From: Candidatus Eiseniibacteriota bacterium
GTDB taxonomy: Bacteria > Joyebacterota > Joyebacteria > Joyebacterales > Joyebacteraceae
Direction: 5' to 3'
Assembly (NCBI GenBank): GCA_030622115.1
Contig: JAUXGN010000003.1
Span: forward strand, 35,465 to 99,464
Length of the DNA stretch: 64,000 bases
Shown here: positions 1-10,065 of the stretch, one piece after another
Numbering within the stretch: position 1 is the first letter of the stretch
Layout: the number at the start of each line of letters is the position of its first letter
Notes under the pieces: generated by a model
Seen by the model: only the letters and a program-made list of their open reading frames with translations
Told to the model about the DNA's origin: nothing
Databases searched by the model: none
Position numbers and translations under genes: made by a program

Positions 1-120
1 AATAGCGCGACTGGGAAGTATGTCAGCTTCAGACTGACCCTCACTGTTGTGAGTGCCGATGATCGCACGGACGTGTTTGATGCTCTCCGTCGCCACCATG
101 ACGTGAAGCTGGTACTCTGA
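1..120 (+). CDS. 3' end (C-terminal ~39 aa) of an upstream gene truncated by the window edge; product unknown
   Basis: Open frame from base 1 to TGA at 118-120 (…YVSFRLTLTVVSADDRTDVFDALRRHHDVKLVL*), 24 nt upstream of the next gene. Confidence 0.3.
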   Translation, partial: NSATGKYVSFRLTLTVVSADDRTDVFDALRRHHDVKLVL

Positions 121-144
121 GCCCGGATCTCCGAGGGGTGGCGT

Positions 145-651
145 GTGGGCGCGGTTTCATTCACACCGATAGGCACCATTAGGACACCTCACAAACGGGC
201 TCAGGATACGCCCGTTCAACCCGCGTACGCCGAGGGCATCGAGGGGCGTGTCGAGCTCCTCCCGGAGTACGCAAAGGGCTTGAGGGATCTCTCCGGATTC
301 TCGCACATCTATCTCATCTATCATCTTCATCAGGCCGGTCCGCCGAGTCTCAAGGTGATCCCGTTCATGCAGGACCGTCACAGAGGCGTTTTCGCGACGC
401 GGTCGCCAAGGCGTCCGAATCCGATCGGTATGAGTCTCGTCAGACTTATCCGTGTTGAGGGGAACATCCTCCACGTCGAGGATGTGGATATCCTCGACTG
501 CACCCCGCTTCTGGACATCAAGCCATACATCTTCCGATTCGATTCCCGTGAGAAGGCGCGCTCCGGGTGGCAGGACGATGTGGACGAGGAGGCCGCGCGG
601 AAACAAGGAGTGAGGGGCTATCACGCCGAACCGGCAGAGGATGAGACGTAG
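145..651 (+). CDS. trmO: tRNA (adenine37-N6)-methyltransferase TrmO/TsaA (YaeB family)
   Basis: 168-aa ORF with GTG start; N-terminal 'IGTIRTPH', 'RPNPIGMSLVRL' and 'DGTPLLDIKPY' motifs typical of the YaeB/TsaA fold. Confidence 0.75.
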   Translation: MGAVSFTPIGTIRTPHKRAQDTPVQPAYAEGIEGRVELLPEYAKGLRDLSGFSHIYLIYHLHQAGPPSLKVIPFMQDRHRGVFATRSPRRPNPIGMSLVRLIRVEGNILHVEDVDILDCTPLLDIKPYIFRFDSREKARSGWQDDVDEEAARKQGVRGYHAEPAEDET

Positions 652-688
652 CAGTCTGTGACGGGACGTGGAATCTGGGGGATATGGC

Positions 689-1267
689 ATGGCACGGCAT
701 CTTGGAATCATCTTGAGCGTGCTGACACTCGCGGGGAGAGGCGCCGCCACGTCTTGGGCCGTGGCCCCGGGCCTTACGTTCGTTACGTCGGAATCAGACG
801 ACGATGATGAGGGTTCCCTTGAGGATTTCATCGCCGAGGTGACGACGTTCGGGGTTGAGATTCCGGTCATTGTCACACATCGCTTCAACGACGTGTTCTC
901 CATCACCGGCGTTGTCAGGTACAGCCTTGACTCCGTGAGCATCACCTTTCCCTCCGGATCGCCCCTCGAGGACATTGGCGAGACAGCATTCCTTCACAGA
1001 TTAGGGGCCATCGGCGCGCCGTCGCTCGACCTGGGCGTCTTCTACCTGCGACCGGAGATAGGCGTGGAGCTGGCTGGCCGGATCCATGGGGACCTCGGCT
1101 ACGTTCCCATCATTGGGCTCGGGGCCGGATTCTGGAGAAAACTGAACCCGGATCCACCGTCCGTGCACGCTTGGTTGTCTCCCGGTTCCGGGCGTAGTAC
1201 CATTGTGGCGCCATTGATGAATACGGTGCCTGTGGCCTCCGATCAGGGGGCCACGCGAGCATCCTGA
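689..1267 (+). CDS. hypothetical secreted protein (signal peptide, acidic DDDDE linker, beta-rich; alternative start 668)
   Basis: ORF 668..1267; internal Met at 689 is followed by a hydrophobic signal-like segment LGIILSVLTLAGRGAA; no recognisable catalytic motif. Confidence 0.4.
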   Translation: MARHLGIILSVLTLAGRGAATSWAVAPGLTFVTSESDDDDEGSLEDFIAEVTTFGVEIPVIVTHRFNDVFSITGVVRYSLDSVSITFPSGSPLEDIGETAFLHRLGAIGAPSLDLGVFYLRPEIGVELAGRIHGDLGYVPIIGLGAGFWRKLNPDPPSVHAWLSPGSGRSTIVAPLMNTVPVASDQGATRAS

Positions 1268-1292
1268 AAATCCGACCAGAGAGGGACAGAGC

Positions 1293-3404
1293 ATGAGTGA
1301 AGCAAGAGCATCTTCAAACCCCGCCCTTGAGGGCAATCCGCTGCTCAGAACCGACGGCATCCCGCGATTCGATGAGATCACCGCGGAGCACGTGATTCCC
1401 GCTGTGACACATGTCCTCGATGCGTTGACAAAGGAACTCTCCGAGCTCGAGACGACGCTCGCTCCCTCGTGGGACGGTGTGATGCTACCGCTTGAGGCTC
1501 TTGAGATTCCGATGGAGTACGCGTGGGATCCCGTCAAGCACCTGATGAGTGTCCGGAACTCACCCGAGCTCCGGAAAGCTCACGACGCCGTGTTGTCGGA
1601 TGTCGTTCAGATCAGGCTTCGTATCAAGCAGAGCAGGCCGATCTACGATGCACTCCGCGCTCTCAAGGACAGTGATGAGTGGAAGTCGCTGGATGGCGCG
1701 CAGCGTCGGGCCGTCGAACTCCGATTGAGGGAGGCCGAACACGCAGGTGTTGGACTCGACGGTGACGAACGCGAACGCTTCAAGGCGATCGAGAGCGAAC
1801 TCTCGCAGTTGGGCACTGATTTCCAGAACCACGTCCTCGACGCAACCAGAGCTTTCGATCTCATCATCACGGATGCATCGGACGCCGAGGGATGGCCTGA
1901 GACATTGAAGCAGCTTGCATCGCAGTCGTGGAGTCAGGCTAATCCCAGCAGCGAGGCGGCCACCACGGACGGCGGCCCCTGGCGTATCACGCTTGACTTT
2001 CCAGCCTTCGGTCCGTTCATGCAACACAGCAGGAACCGCGCGCAGCGTGAGGTGCTCTATCGCGCCCATCTGACGCGCGCGTCCCAGGGAGAGTGGGACA
2101 ACAGCGAGATCATAGGCAAAATGCTCAAGCTCAAGCTTGAGAAGGCAAAACTCCTGGGGTTCGACACGTATGCCGATCTCAGCCTCTCGGAGAAGATGGC
2201 ATCGAACGTGGATGCGGTCGAGGCGATGTTCGACAAGCTCGTGGGTGCTTCGAAACCACATGCGCAGAAGGACCTCGATGATCTGAAGACGCTCGCCAAG
2301 GAGGGCGGTCATGACGGTGATCTCAAGCACTGGGACACCGCATTCTGGTCCGAGCGGCTGAGAGAGTCGCGTTTCGACTACACGGACGACCAACTGAGAC
2401 CGTATTTTCCGATGCCGCGAGTTCTGGACGGGCTCTTCTCACTATCGAAGCGGCTCCTTGGAATCGTCATCGAGCGGGCCGATGGTGAGGTTCCCATCTG
2501 GCACGAGGATGTGCACTGCTTCCGAGTCTTGAACGAAGACGGAACTCAGATAGCCTCCTTCTACCTTGACGCGTATTCGCGGCCGGCCGAGAAGCGCGGG
2601 GGCGCGTGGATGAGTGAGTGCCTTGGCAGGCGCTTCGTAGATGGGAAGCTCCGGCTTCCGGTCATCTACCTGACATGCAACGGTACACCACCGGTCGGCG
2701 ACAAACCGTCGCTCATGGGGTTCCGGGAGGTCGAAACGCTCTTCCATGAGTTCGGTCACGGTCTTCAGGCGATGCTCACTACCATCGACTATGCCGATGT
2801 GGCCGGGATCAACGGAGTGGAGTGGGATGCGGTCGAACTCGCGAGCCAGTTCATGGAGAACTGGTGCTACCACAAGCCGACGCTGATGGGGATGACGTCA
2901 CACTTCGAGACAGGCGAGCCGCTTCCCGATGACCTCTTCGAGAAGATCTCGGCTGCGCGCACGTTCAAAGCTGGATCGCTCATGATGCGGCAGCTCGAGC
3001 TTGGCATGACGGATATGGAACTCCACAGCTCTCATGATCCCAACGGGGAGCGATCACCGTTTGATGTTCATCACGATGTCAGTCTGAAGACGGGCGTTCT
3101 CCCGCCCTTCAAGGACGGGCGGCTGCTCTGCTCCTTCGCTCACATCTTCGGTGGTCCCTACGCTGCAGGTTACTACAGCTACAAGTGGGCGGAAGCGCTT
3201 TCAGCCGACGCCTTCGCGGCGTTCGAGGAGATCGGACTGGACAACGAGGAGGCCGTCCGGGATCTCGGCAGGCGTTACAGGGACACGGTCCTCTCGCTCG
3301 GCGGCAGCCGGCACCCGATGGATGTCTTCCGCGAGTTCCGTGGCCGAGAGCCGAACACAGAGGCGCTCCTCAGGCATAACGATCTGCTGGAGGAGAAGCT
3401 CTAA
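1293..3404 (+). CDS. M3-family zinc metallopeptidase (oligopeptidase A / peptidyl-dipeptidase Dcp-like)
   Basis: 703 aa; HEXXH zinc motif 'FHEFGHGLQ' and the downstream 'EN' region in the canonical position of thimet/oligopeptidase A enzymes. Confidence 0.85.
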   Translation: MSEARASSNPALEGNPLLRTDGIPRFDEITAEHVIPAVTHVLDALTKELSELETTLAPSWDGVMLPLEALEIPMEYAWDPVKHLMSVRNSPELRKAHDAVLSDVVQIRLRIKQSRPIYDALRALKDSDEWKSLDGAQRRAVELRLREAEHAGVGLDGDERERFKAIESELSQLGTDFQNHVLDATRAFDLIITDASDAEGWPETLKQLASQSWSQANPSSEAATTDGGPWRITLDFPAFGPFMQHSRNRAQREVLYRAHLTRASQGEWDNSEIIGKMLKLKLEKAKLLGFDTYADLSLSEKMASNVDAVEAMFDKLVGASKPHAQKDLDDLKTLAKEGGHDGDLKHWDTAFWSERLRESRFDYTDDQLRPYFPMPRVLDGLFSLSKRLLGIVIERADGEVPIWHEDVHCFRVLNEDGTQIASFYLDAYSRPAEKRGGAWMSECLGRRFVDGKLRLPVIYLTCNGTPPVGDKPSLMGFREVETLFHEFGHGLQAMLTTIDYADVAGINGVEWDAVELASQFMENWCYHKPTLMGMTSHFETGEPLPDDLFEKISAARTFKAGSLMMRQLELGMTDMELHSSHDPNGERSPFDVHHDVSLKTGVLPPFKDGRLLCSFAHIFGGPYAAGYYSYKWAEALSADAFAAFEEIGLDNEEAVRDLGRRYRDTVLSLGGSRHPMDVFREFRGREPNTEALLRHNDLLEEKL

Positions 3405-3408
3405 CGAG

Positions 3409-4707
3409 ATGGCCAGAGTACTTCATCTCCTGTCACAGCGTCCCGGGCACACGGGCAGCGGAACCACCCTGGGAGCCATAGTGCATCACGCCGGAGAGGC
3501 CGGCTGGGATCAGATGGTCTCAGTCGGCATCCCATCCCAGACGTCCTCTCCCGATCTTGGCGACCTTGACCAATCAAGAATCCGCCCCGTGACGTTTGGC
3601 GGCGAGGATCTCCCGTTCGACATTCCGGGCATGAGCGACGTCATGCCATACGCGAGCAGTCGTTTCTCCTGCATGAGCACAGGCGAGTTCAATGCCTATT
3701 GCGCGGTTTGGACCCGTCATCTGGCTCGGCTGGTTGCCGACTTCAGGCCCGACGTCATCCATTCGCACCACATCTGGATCCTGAGTTCGCTCGTGAAGAG
3801 CGTCGCCCCGGATGTTCCGGTCGTGACCCAGTGCCACGCGACCGGGCTCCGTCAGATGCAGCTCTGTCCGGAATTCGCTCCGGCTGTCAGAAAGGGATGC
3901 GCAAGAAGTGAGGTGTTCATCGTCCAGCACGAGAGCTTCGTTGCCGCGCTGGTCGATGAGCTGGGCATCGCGTCCGAGCAGGTACACGTGGTCGGAGTCG
4001 GCTACAGGGACGATATTTTCAACCGATCCGGGCCGGATGATGCGAGCGGCTTCGCGGTAGGTGATGACGTAGCGGCAAGTGGCGACGCGGCAATCGCCCC
4101 GGCCCAGCGCATTCTCTATGCGGGCAAGTACAGCGCTGCAAAGGGTGTGCCGTGGCTTCTTGACGCCATCCAGAGGTTGACCGCAGAATTCCCCGGTCTC
4201 GTCCTCGACGTGGCCGGAAGCGGGGCAGGTGATGAGGCGGAATCCTTGAAAGCGCGCATGGAGGGCATGGCGCCCTCAGTGGAACTCCACGGGATGTTGT
4301 CTCAGACCGAGCTGGCTGCTCTCATGCGCCGCGCGTGCGTCTTCGTGCTTCCATCGTTCTATGAAGGTGTGCCACTGGTGCTCGCGGAGGCGCTTGCCTG
4401 TGGTTGCCGCTTGGTCTCGACGGCGCTTCCAGGTGTGCAGAACTCGATCGCAGGCCCGGCCGGAAGTGCAATAGAGCTTGTGCCGCTACCACGACTCGAG
4501 CAGATCGATCGGCCGGTTCCGGAAGACACATCTCTGTTCACTGAGGGATTGACACAGGCCATCAGGCGATCACTCATACGGGGACCGGTGGGAGATCCCG
4601 AGGCTGGAGCGCCCGATGCGCTCCAGGAGTTCCGGTGGGGCAACGTATTCGGTAGGATCGAAGAGGCTTGGTGGAGTGCGATCTCTTCCAGGCAGAGAGG
4701 GGAGTAG
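3409..4707 (+). CDS. GT4-family (group 1) glycosyltransferase
   Basis: True start is the ATG at 3409, 4 nt after the M3 stop. The six-frame ORF 3151.. is an upstream extension overlapping the previous gene. C-terminal 'VLPSFYEGVPLVLAEALACGCRLVST' is the GT-B EX7E donor-binding motif. Confidence 0.75.
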   Translation: MARVLHLLSQRPGHTGSGTTLGAIVHHAGEAGWDQMVSVGIPSQTSSPDLGDLDQSRIRPVTFGGEDLPFDIPGMSDVMPYASSRFSCMSTGEFNAYCAVWTRHLARLVADFRPDVIHSHHIWILSSLVKSVAPDVPVVTQCHATGLRQMQLCPEFAPAVRKGCARSEVFIVQHESFVAALVDELGIASEQVHVVGVGYRDDIFNRSGPDDASGFAVGDDVAASGDAAIAPAQRILYAGKYSAAKGVPWLLDAIQRLTAEFPGLVLDVAGSGAGDEAESLKARMEGMAPSVELHGMLSQTELAALMRRACVFVLPSFYEGVPLVLAEALACGCRLVSTALPGVQNSIAGPAGSAIELVPLPRLEQIDRPVPEDTSLFTEGLTQAIRRSLIRGPVGDPEAGAPDALQEFRWGNVFGRIEEAWWSAISSRQRGE

Positions 4708-4709
4708 AA

Positions 4710-6356
4710 ATGTCGACCCAGCATGCAAGAGATAGACGGGTTTTCGTGGATCGCACCCGGCTTGTCCTGTCCGTTCTACTGATTTCGGCTGCCCTTCTTC
4801 TATCGTCGTGCTCAAGGGCGCCCAAGAGCTATGAACTGACGATCCTGGGTACCGCAGATCTCCAGGGGATGCTCGAACCCTCGCGGATGAGCATCGACCT
4901 CGATGGCGACGGCGAACGCGAAGAGCTGGAGATGGGTGGGATAGCGCGCATCGCGACCCTCATCGATGAGATACGAGACGAGAGGCGGGGACGAATCGTT
5001 GTCGTCTCGGTCGGCGACGATCTCATGAACCGCTACTTCCACATGTACAAGGGCGAGGCGATCTTCAGCCTTATGTCCATGGCCGGATACGACACGTACG
5101 CCTTTGGAAATCACGAATTCGACAAGGGACCGGAGGTGCTCGCGGCCGCAGTCACGCACGCCGACTTCGACTGCCTCTGCAGCGATCTCGCCGTCGAGGG
5201 AACCGCCCTCGCGGGCTCATGTGATCCATGGGTCATCCGCAGCTACGATGGTCTCAAGGTCGGGTTCTTCTCGATTATGACCGAGGGATTCCCATACGTC
5301 ACGAGCGGTAACGACGTCGAGCTCAGCGGCACGAACCTCGAAACTGCGCATCGCGCCATCCGGGAGCTTAGAGCCAACGGAGCCAATCTCGTCGTCGCAC
5401 TCACGCACGTGGGCTTGGCAAGAGACATGGAGATAGCGAGAGAGGTGCCCGGCATAGACATCATCTTCGGAGGGCATTCCCATGACTACACGGAGAAGCT
5501 CGTGCGAGTCGGCGGCACGTTGATAGTCAACGGTGGTGAGAAGGGTCCGTATCTTGTCAGGCTGGATGTGTCCACGGGGCCCGACAAGCGTCTCGATCTC
5601 AGTACACCGCGCTTCGAACTCATCCCTGTGACGGGCGACGTAATCGAGGACGGGGACGTTGCAGAAATCCTCGCGGGCTACACGGAGTCGTTTCCAGAAG
5701 CGATCGTGCTCGGCACGACGGACGTCGCGTGGGACATGACCAAAGACACCATACGCGGCGGTGAGTCTACGGTGGCGAACCTCGTTAATGATCATCTTCG
5801 GAGCAAGTTCGGAGTCGATATCGTGGTGAACAACGCGGGGGCTTTCAGGGGGAAGAGAATCTATCCGGCCGGTCATGTCACTGACTCGATGCTCCACGAG
5901 ATCGATGAGTTCAGCAACTACGCGTACTCGCTTGGTATCGAGGGACGCTACATTCTTGAGCTGCTCGAGCGAAGTGCCGCTCTCGTTGGAGGAGGCGGGT
6001 TTCTGCACGTGTCGGGGCTTCGCTACACGATCGATCTCAGTCGTGCAGCTCAGGTCATCGTGCAGGATGCGGAGGGGCAATGGCGTGTGGACACGCCCGG
6101 CGAACGCGTGACAGTGGCGGAAGTGGAGGACGATTCCGGAGGCTGGGCGCCTCTCTATCCCGACCGCGTCTATCGGATCATGAGTAATAGTTTCATGGTC
6201 AAGCATGAAGGGGACGGGTATTTCTGGTTGAAGAAGTACGGGTTCGATTTCGACAACACCTACTCAACGTTCTACTCGATACTCGCTGAGGTAGTGTCAA
6301 GCACGGGCGAGCTCAATCCCGGAGAGCCCGACGGCCGGGTGAGCATCATACGCTAG
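4710..6356 (+). CDS. 5'-nucleotidase / UDP-sugar hydrolase family metallophosphoesterase, lipoprotein
   Basis: Lipobox 'LLLSSCS' after a signal peptide; calcineurin-like motifs 'GDDL', 'GNHEFD' and 'GGHSH'; C-terminal 5'-nucleotidase substrate-binding-like region. Confidence 0.8.
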   Translation: MSTQHARDRRVFVDRTRLVLSVLLISAALLLSSCSRAPKSYELTILGTADLQGMLEPSRMSIDLDGDGEREELEMGGIARIATLIDEIRDERRGRIVVVSVGDDLMNRYFHMYKGEAIFSLMSMAGYDTYAFGNHEFDKGPEVLAAAVTHADFDCLCSDLAVEGTALAGSCDPWVIRSYDGLKVGFFSIMTEGFPYVTSGNDVELSGTNLETAHRAIRELRANGANLVVALTHVGLARDMEIAREVPGIDIIFGGHSHDYTEKLVRVGGTLIVNGGEKGPYLVRLDVSTGPDKRLDLSTPRFELIPVTGDVIEDGDVAEILAGYTESFPEAIVLGTTDVAWDMTKDTIRGGESTVANLVNDHLRSKFGVDIVVNNAGAFRGKRIYPAGHVTDSMLHEIDEFSNYAYSLGIEGRYILELLERSAALVGGGGFLHVSGLRYTIDLSRAAQVIVQDAEGQWRVDTPGERVTVAEVEDDSGGWAPLYPDRVYRIMSNSFMVKHEGDGYFWLKKYGFDFDNTYSTFYSILAEVVSSTGELNPGEPDGRVSIIR

Positions 6357-6406
6357 ACTGGGGTCCCAGGGCGAACAGGACTGCACAGAGAACGGGAGAC
6401 AGGTCC

Positions 6407-8911
6407 ATGAGAACACAATCACTCACGTTGGCGGCCGCCGTCGCCTTGCTTCTTTTCGTCGGAGCGATGTGTGCCGCGGGCTCGACCGGGGATGAGATTA
6501 CGGCGAACGAATGGCCGGACACGGCGAACGAATCGCCGGACACGGCGAACGGTTACCGGCTTCCCTCACAGAGTCTCGTCGATATCATCGACGCGCCGAA
6601 GACACCGTGGGTCAGGGTTTCGCCGGATCACGAGTGGGTGGTTCTTATGGGACGGCCCAGCTATCCGTCGATTGCCGAACTCGCCGAGCGGGAACTCAAG
6701 CTGGCCGGCCTCCGTATCAAGCCACAGATCAACGCGCCCAGCAGGGCATGGACGGCGAACGGTCTCGTGATAGTCCGCATGGACGGCGCCGGCGAACGTC
6801 GGGTCACGGGGCTGCCCGACAATCCGAGGATCCAGTATCTGCGATGGTCACCGGATGGGGAGCGCTTCCTGTTCACGAACACGACCGCCGATGGAGTTGA
6901 ACTCTGGACCGTCGATATGGAGTCGGCGGGGGCTGTTCGCCTGACCGGTCCTGTTGTGAGCCTGACGGCAGAGTGTGGTCCCAGCTGGCTCGCGGATAGC
7001 AGGACCATCGTTCTGCTCCTCGTTCCGAAGGACCGCGGAGCTGAACCGGTTCCGCCACGAGTCCCGGGCGGACCGATCATCCAGGAGAGCGTGGGGCGGA
7101 AGGCCCCGGTCCGCACATACGCCGATCTCCTGAAGAGCGAGTATGACGAGGAACTCTTCGAGTACTACCTTTCGTCTCAGATCGCCAGAGTGACGCTCAA
7201 GGGAGAGATTACAGCTATCGGGCAGCCTGGGATCGTGTGGGATCTTGATCCATCTCCCAATGGGAAGTACATCCTCGTTCACACACTGCATCGCCCGTAC
7301 TCGTACGTTGTTCCAGCCGGTCGCTTCCCGATGCGCATAGAGGTTCTTGATATGAAGGGGAGGACCGTCCACAAGGTGGCCGACCACCCGCTTCGTGACG
7401 AGATCCCCATTGCCAGAGGAAGCACCTACAAGGGTCCCAGGAGCGTCCGGTGGCGCTCCGACGCCGGCGCGATGCTCTCGTGGGCGGAGGCGCTCGATGG
7501 CGGGGATGCCGCAGCGGAGTCGGATGAGCGTGACAGGGTCTTCCTTCTCGATGAGCCGTTCACTGGTATTCCCGGCATTCTGACGACGCTTGAGCTTCGC
7601 TTCGATGCTGTCTCCTGGGGGACTGGAGACCTGGCCATCGTCACAGAGTGGTGGTGGGAGAAGAGGACCGCTCGGGCCTGGCGAACACATCCGGACACAC
7701 CCGGGATTGAACCACGCCTGCTGGTAGATCGCTCGTGGGAAGACCGGTACAACGATCCCGGCAGACCTGTCATGACGGTCAACGAGGCGGGGCGCGATGT
7801 TCTGTTGACAACGGGGGACAGCGCCGGCATCTACCTCATCGGTGATGGAGCATCGCCGGAGGGCGACCGTCCGTTCCTGGATACGTTCGATCTCGGCACA
7901 GGAGAGAGCGCAAGGCTCTTTCGTTCCGAAGCACCGTACTACGAACGTCCCGTTGCTCTGCTCGACGGCGGCCGGCGCATTCTCACGCGGCGCGAGTCGG
8001 TAGATGATGTTCCGAACTACTTCCTGAGGGATCTTGGAACCGGTGAACTCACGCCGGTCACCACGTTTCCCCATCCGACACCCCAGCTTCGGGGAATCGA
8101 GAAGGAGCTCATCACATACCAGCGCGAGGATGGTCTCCAACTATCGGGGACCCTCTACCTTCCGGTGGGCCATGACCCCGATCACGGCGATCCCCCGCCG
8201 ATGGTCATGTGGGCCTACCCGCGCGAATTCAAGAGCGCCGACGCGGCCGGTCAGATAGACGACTCGCCATACCGGTTCGATCGCGTTGGGTGGTGGTCGC
8301 CGCTCCTCTGGCTCACGCAGGGCTACTCGGTTCTGGACGGTCCTGCGATGGCTATCGTTGGTGAGGGAGATGAAGATCCGAACGACACGTATGTCTCACA
8401 GCTTGTATCGAGCGCTGCTGCCGCCGTCGACGAGGTTGTCGGAAGCGCTGCTGCGGATCGTGACAGGATCGCGATCGGCGGTCACTCGTACGGTGCGTTC
8501 ATGACCGCGAACCTGCTGGCGCACTCTGATCTCTTCGCTGCGGGCTTGGCCAGGACGGGCGCCTACAACAGGACGCTGACTCCGTTTGGATTTCAGTCGG
8601 AGGACCGCACGTTGTGGGAAGCCCCCGAGGTCTACTTCGCGATGTCGCCGTTCATGCATGCCGACAAGGTGAATGAGCCGCTTCTCATGGTGCACGGAGA
8701 GGCCGACAACAACTCTGGCACATTCCCGATGCAGAGTGAGCGCTTCTACGGTGCAATCAAGGGGTTGGGTGGAACCGTCCGGCTCGTGATGCTCCCTCAT
8801 GAGAGTCACAGCTACCGCGCGCGGGAGTCCATCCTCCATCTTCTGTGGGAGACGGAGGAGTGGCTGGACACGTATGTTAAGAACCGTGATCTATCCGATG
8901 CTGGGGAATGA
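6407..8911 (+). CDS. S9-family serine peptidase (prolyl oligopeptidase/dipeptidyl-peptidase-like) with N-terminal beta-propeller, secreted
   Basis: Signal peptide; nucleophile elbow 'GGHSYGAF'; alpha/beta-hydrolase C-terminus with catalytic Asp/His region 'VHGEADNN…HESH'. Confidence 0.8.
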   Translation: MRTQSLTLAAAVALLLFVGAMCAAGSTGDEITANEWPDTANESPDTANGYRLPSQSLVDIIDAPKTPWVRVSPDHEWVVLMGRPSYPSIAELAERELKLAGLRIKPQINAPSRAWTANGLVIVRMDGAGERRVTGLPDNPRIQYLRWSPDGERFLFTNTTADGVELWTVDMESAGAVRLTGPVVSLTAECGPSWLADSRTIVLLLVPKDRGAEPVPPRVPGGPIIQESVGRKAPVRTYADLLKSEYDEELFEYYLSSQIARVTLKGEITAIGQPGIVWDLDPSPNGKYILVHTLHRPYSYVVPAGRFPMRIEVLDMKGRTVHKVADHPLRDEIPIARGSTYKGPRSVRWRSDAGAMLSWAEALDGGDAAAESDERDRVFLLDEPFTGIPGILTTLELRFDAVSWGTGDLAIVTEWWWEKRTARAWRTHPDTPGIEPRLLVDRSWEDRYNDPGRPVMTVNEAGRDVLLTTGDSAGIYLIGDGASPEGDRPFLDTFDLGTGESARLFRSEAPYYERPVALLDGGRRILTRRESVDDVPNYFLRDLGTGELTPVTTFPHPTPQLRGIEKELITYQREDGLQLSGTLYLPVGHDPDHGDPPPMVMWAYPREFKSADAAGQIDDSPYRFDRVGWWSPLLWLTQGYSVLDGPAMAIVGEGDEDPNDTYVSQLVSSAAAAVDEVVGSAAADRDRIAIGGHSYGAFMTANLLAHSDLFAAGLARTGAYNRTLTPFGFQSEDRTLWEAPEVYFAMSPFMHADKVNEPLLMVHGEADNNSGTFPMQSERFYGAIKGLGGTVRLVMLPHESHSYRARESILHLLWETEEWLDTYVKNRDLSDAGE
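6500..6552. repeat. in-frame 21-bp tandem repeat (2.5 copies) inside the S9 peptidase N-terminus, encoding TANEWPD-TANESPD-TANG
   Basis: acggcgaacgaatggccggac / acggcgaacgaatcgccggac / acggcgaacgg read directly from the sequence. Confidence 0.8.
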
Positions 8912-9015
8912 TCTGGCTGTATCCCTCTCGTTGGGTTCCTGATAACATGACGGACTGACGGGCCATCAGTGAGAATCCACGACCGCTCAGGGATCTACAT
9001 GCAGGAGGCGCACCG

Positions 9016-9363
9016 ATGAGCAACGAAGTGATTGCGATCTGCGGTCTGCACTGTCATGAGTGTGGCGCGTACATCGCAACGCAGAATGATGATGATGCGA
9101 AGCGTACTGAGGTTGCAGCGATGTGGTCGAAGATGTTCGATGTCGAGATCGCCCCACAAGCGATCAACTGCGACGGTTGTTCCCCAGGAGGGGAGAGGGT
9201 CTTCCAGCACTGTACCGTTTGTGATATTCGGAAATGCGGGATCGAGCGAGGTCTCGCCAACTGCGCGCATTGCGGCGACTACGTCTGCGAAAAGCTGGAG
9301 TCGTTCTTCGAGATGGCTCCCGACAATCGCGCACGCCTCGACGCAATCAGAGAGGGACTCTAG
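9016..9363 (+). CDS. small Cys-rich protein, DUF3795-like
   Basis: 115 aa with paired CxxC motifs (CGLHCHECGAY…CDGCSPGG…CTVCDIRKCG…CAHCGDYVC) matching the DUF3795 pattern; SD 'caggagg' upstream. Confidence 0.55.
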   Translation: MSNEVIAICGLHCHECGAYIATQNDDDAKRTEVAAMWSKMFDVEIAPQAINCDGCSPGGERVFQHCTVCDIRKCGIERGLANCAHCGDYVCEKLESFFEMAPDNRARLDAIREGL

Positions 9364-10065
9364 TTGACGGACGGACGTCTCCCGCAGCGGAGTGCGGCGC
9401 GTCGTCTACGAAGGCGCATCACGCGCTCGGATCTGTTCATGCGTTTCCTCTCTCTTGTGGCGACGTGTTTCATACGGGCGGTTGTTGCTACGCTCAGGAT
9501 AGAGTTTTCGCTTGACGAGGGGTACTCCCGGCTTGTTGAGAAGGGCGAACCGATCCTTTTCGCTTTCTGGCACGGGCGTTTCTTTCTCTTCATCCACTCG
9601 TTTCGCGACAGGCGTATCGCGATCAATACGGATGTCAGCTGGGCGGGTCAGTTATCTGCCGGAGTCCTGACGAGATTCGGGTATTCCGCTGTGCCGGGCT
9701 CGAGCGCGAGACGGGGGGCAAGGGCGCTGATCGCGATGCGCAAGGAGATTGCATTGGGCCACTCAGTAGCCGTGGCCACTGACGGACCCCGGGGGCCGCG
9801 TGCGAAGTCGAAGCCCGGCGTTCTCACAGTGGCGCGGGCAACGGGCTGTCCGATCGTCCCGGCCGCGACAAGTGCGAGACCTGCATGGGTGATTCGCAAC
9901 ACTTGGGATAGATTCACGATTCCCGTCCTGTTCGCCCGCTGTGCGATCGTGTTTGGGAAGCCGATCTACCCGGGCGACGCCGGGGAAGGACTGTCGACCG
10001 AGCTGCTCGACCGCGCCCTGAATGAGACCACCGCGAAGGCGGATTCGCTAGTGGGATACGTGTAG
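9364..10065 (+). CDS. DUF374-family lysophospholipid-acyltransferase-like protein
   Basis: TTG start directly after the previous stop (an internal ATG lies at 9439); 'FAFWHGRFF…VAVATDGPRGPRAKSKPGVLTVARATGCPIVP' resembles DUF374 domains found next to Kdo/lipid A transferases. Confidence 0.6.
   Translation: MTDGRLPQRSAARRLRRRITRSDLFMRFLSLVATCFIRAVVATLRIEFSLDEGYSRLVEKGEPILFAFWHGRFFLFIHSFRDRRIAINTDVSWAGQLSAGVLTRFGYSAVPGSSARRGARALIAMRKEIALGHSVAVATDGPRGPRAKSKPGVLTVARATGCPIVPAATSARPAWVIRNTWDRFTIPVLFARCAIVFGKPIYPGDAGEGLSTELLDRALNETTAKADSLVGYV

Noticed and set aside
1560-2393. Long antisense ORFs (e.g. 1560..2393-, 5217..6206-, 6848..8140-, 19558..20322+, 25323..26234+, 41518..42465-, 43926..44873-, 47593..48378-, 55873..56868+, 57318..58499-, 60619..61713+, 62235..63041+)
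   Set aside because: Each lies antisense to a gene with clear family motifs, has Arg/Ser/Pro-rich low-complexity composition typical of high-GC shadow frames, and lacks an RBS.
3151-3408. N-terminal 86 codons of the six-frame ORF 3151..4707
   Set aside because: Overlaps the well-supported M3 peptidase in another frame and translates to Arg/Ser-rich low-complexity sequence; the GT4 gene starts at the ATG at 3409 right after the upstream stop.
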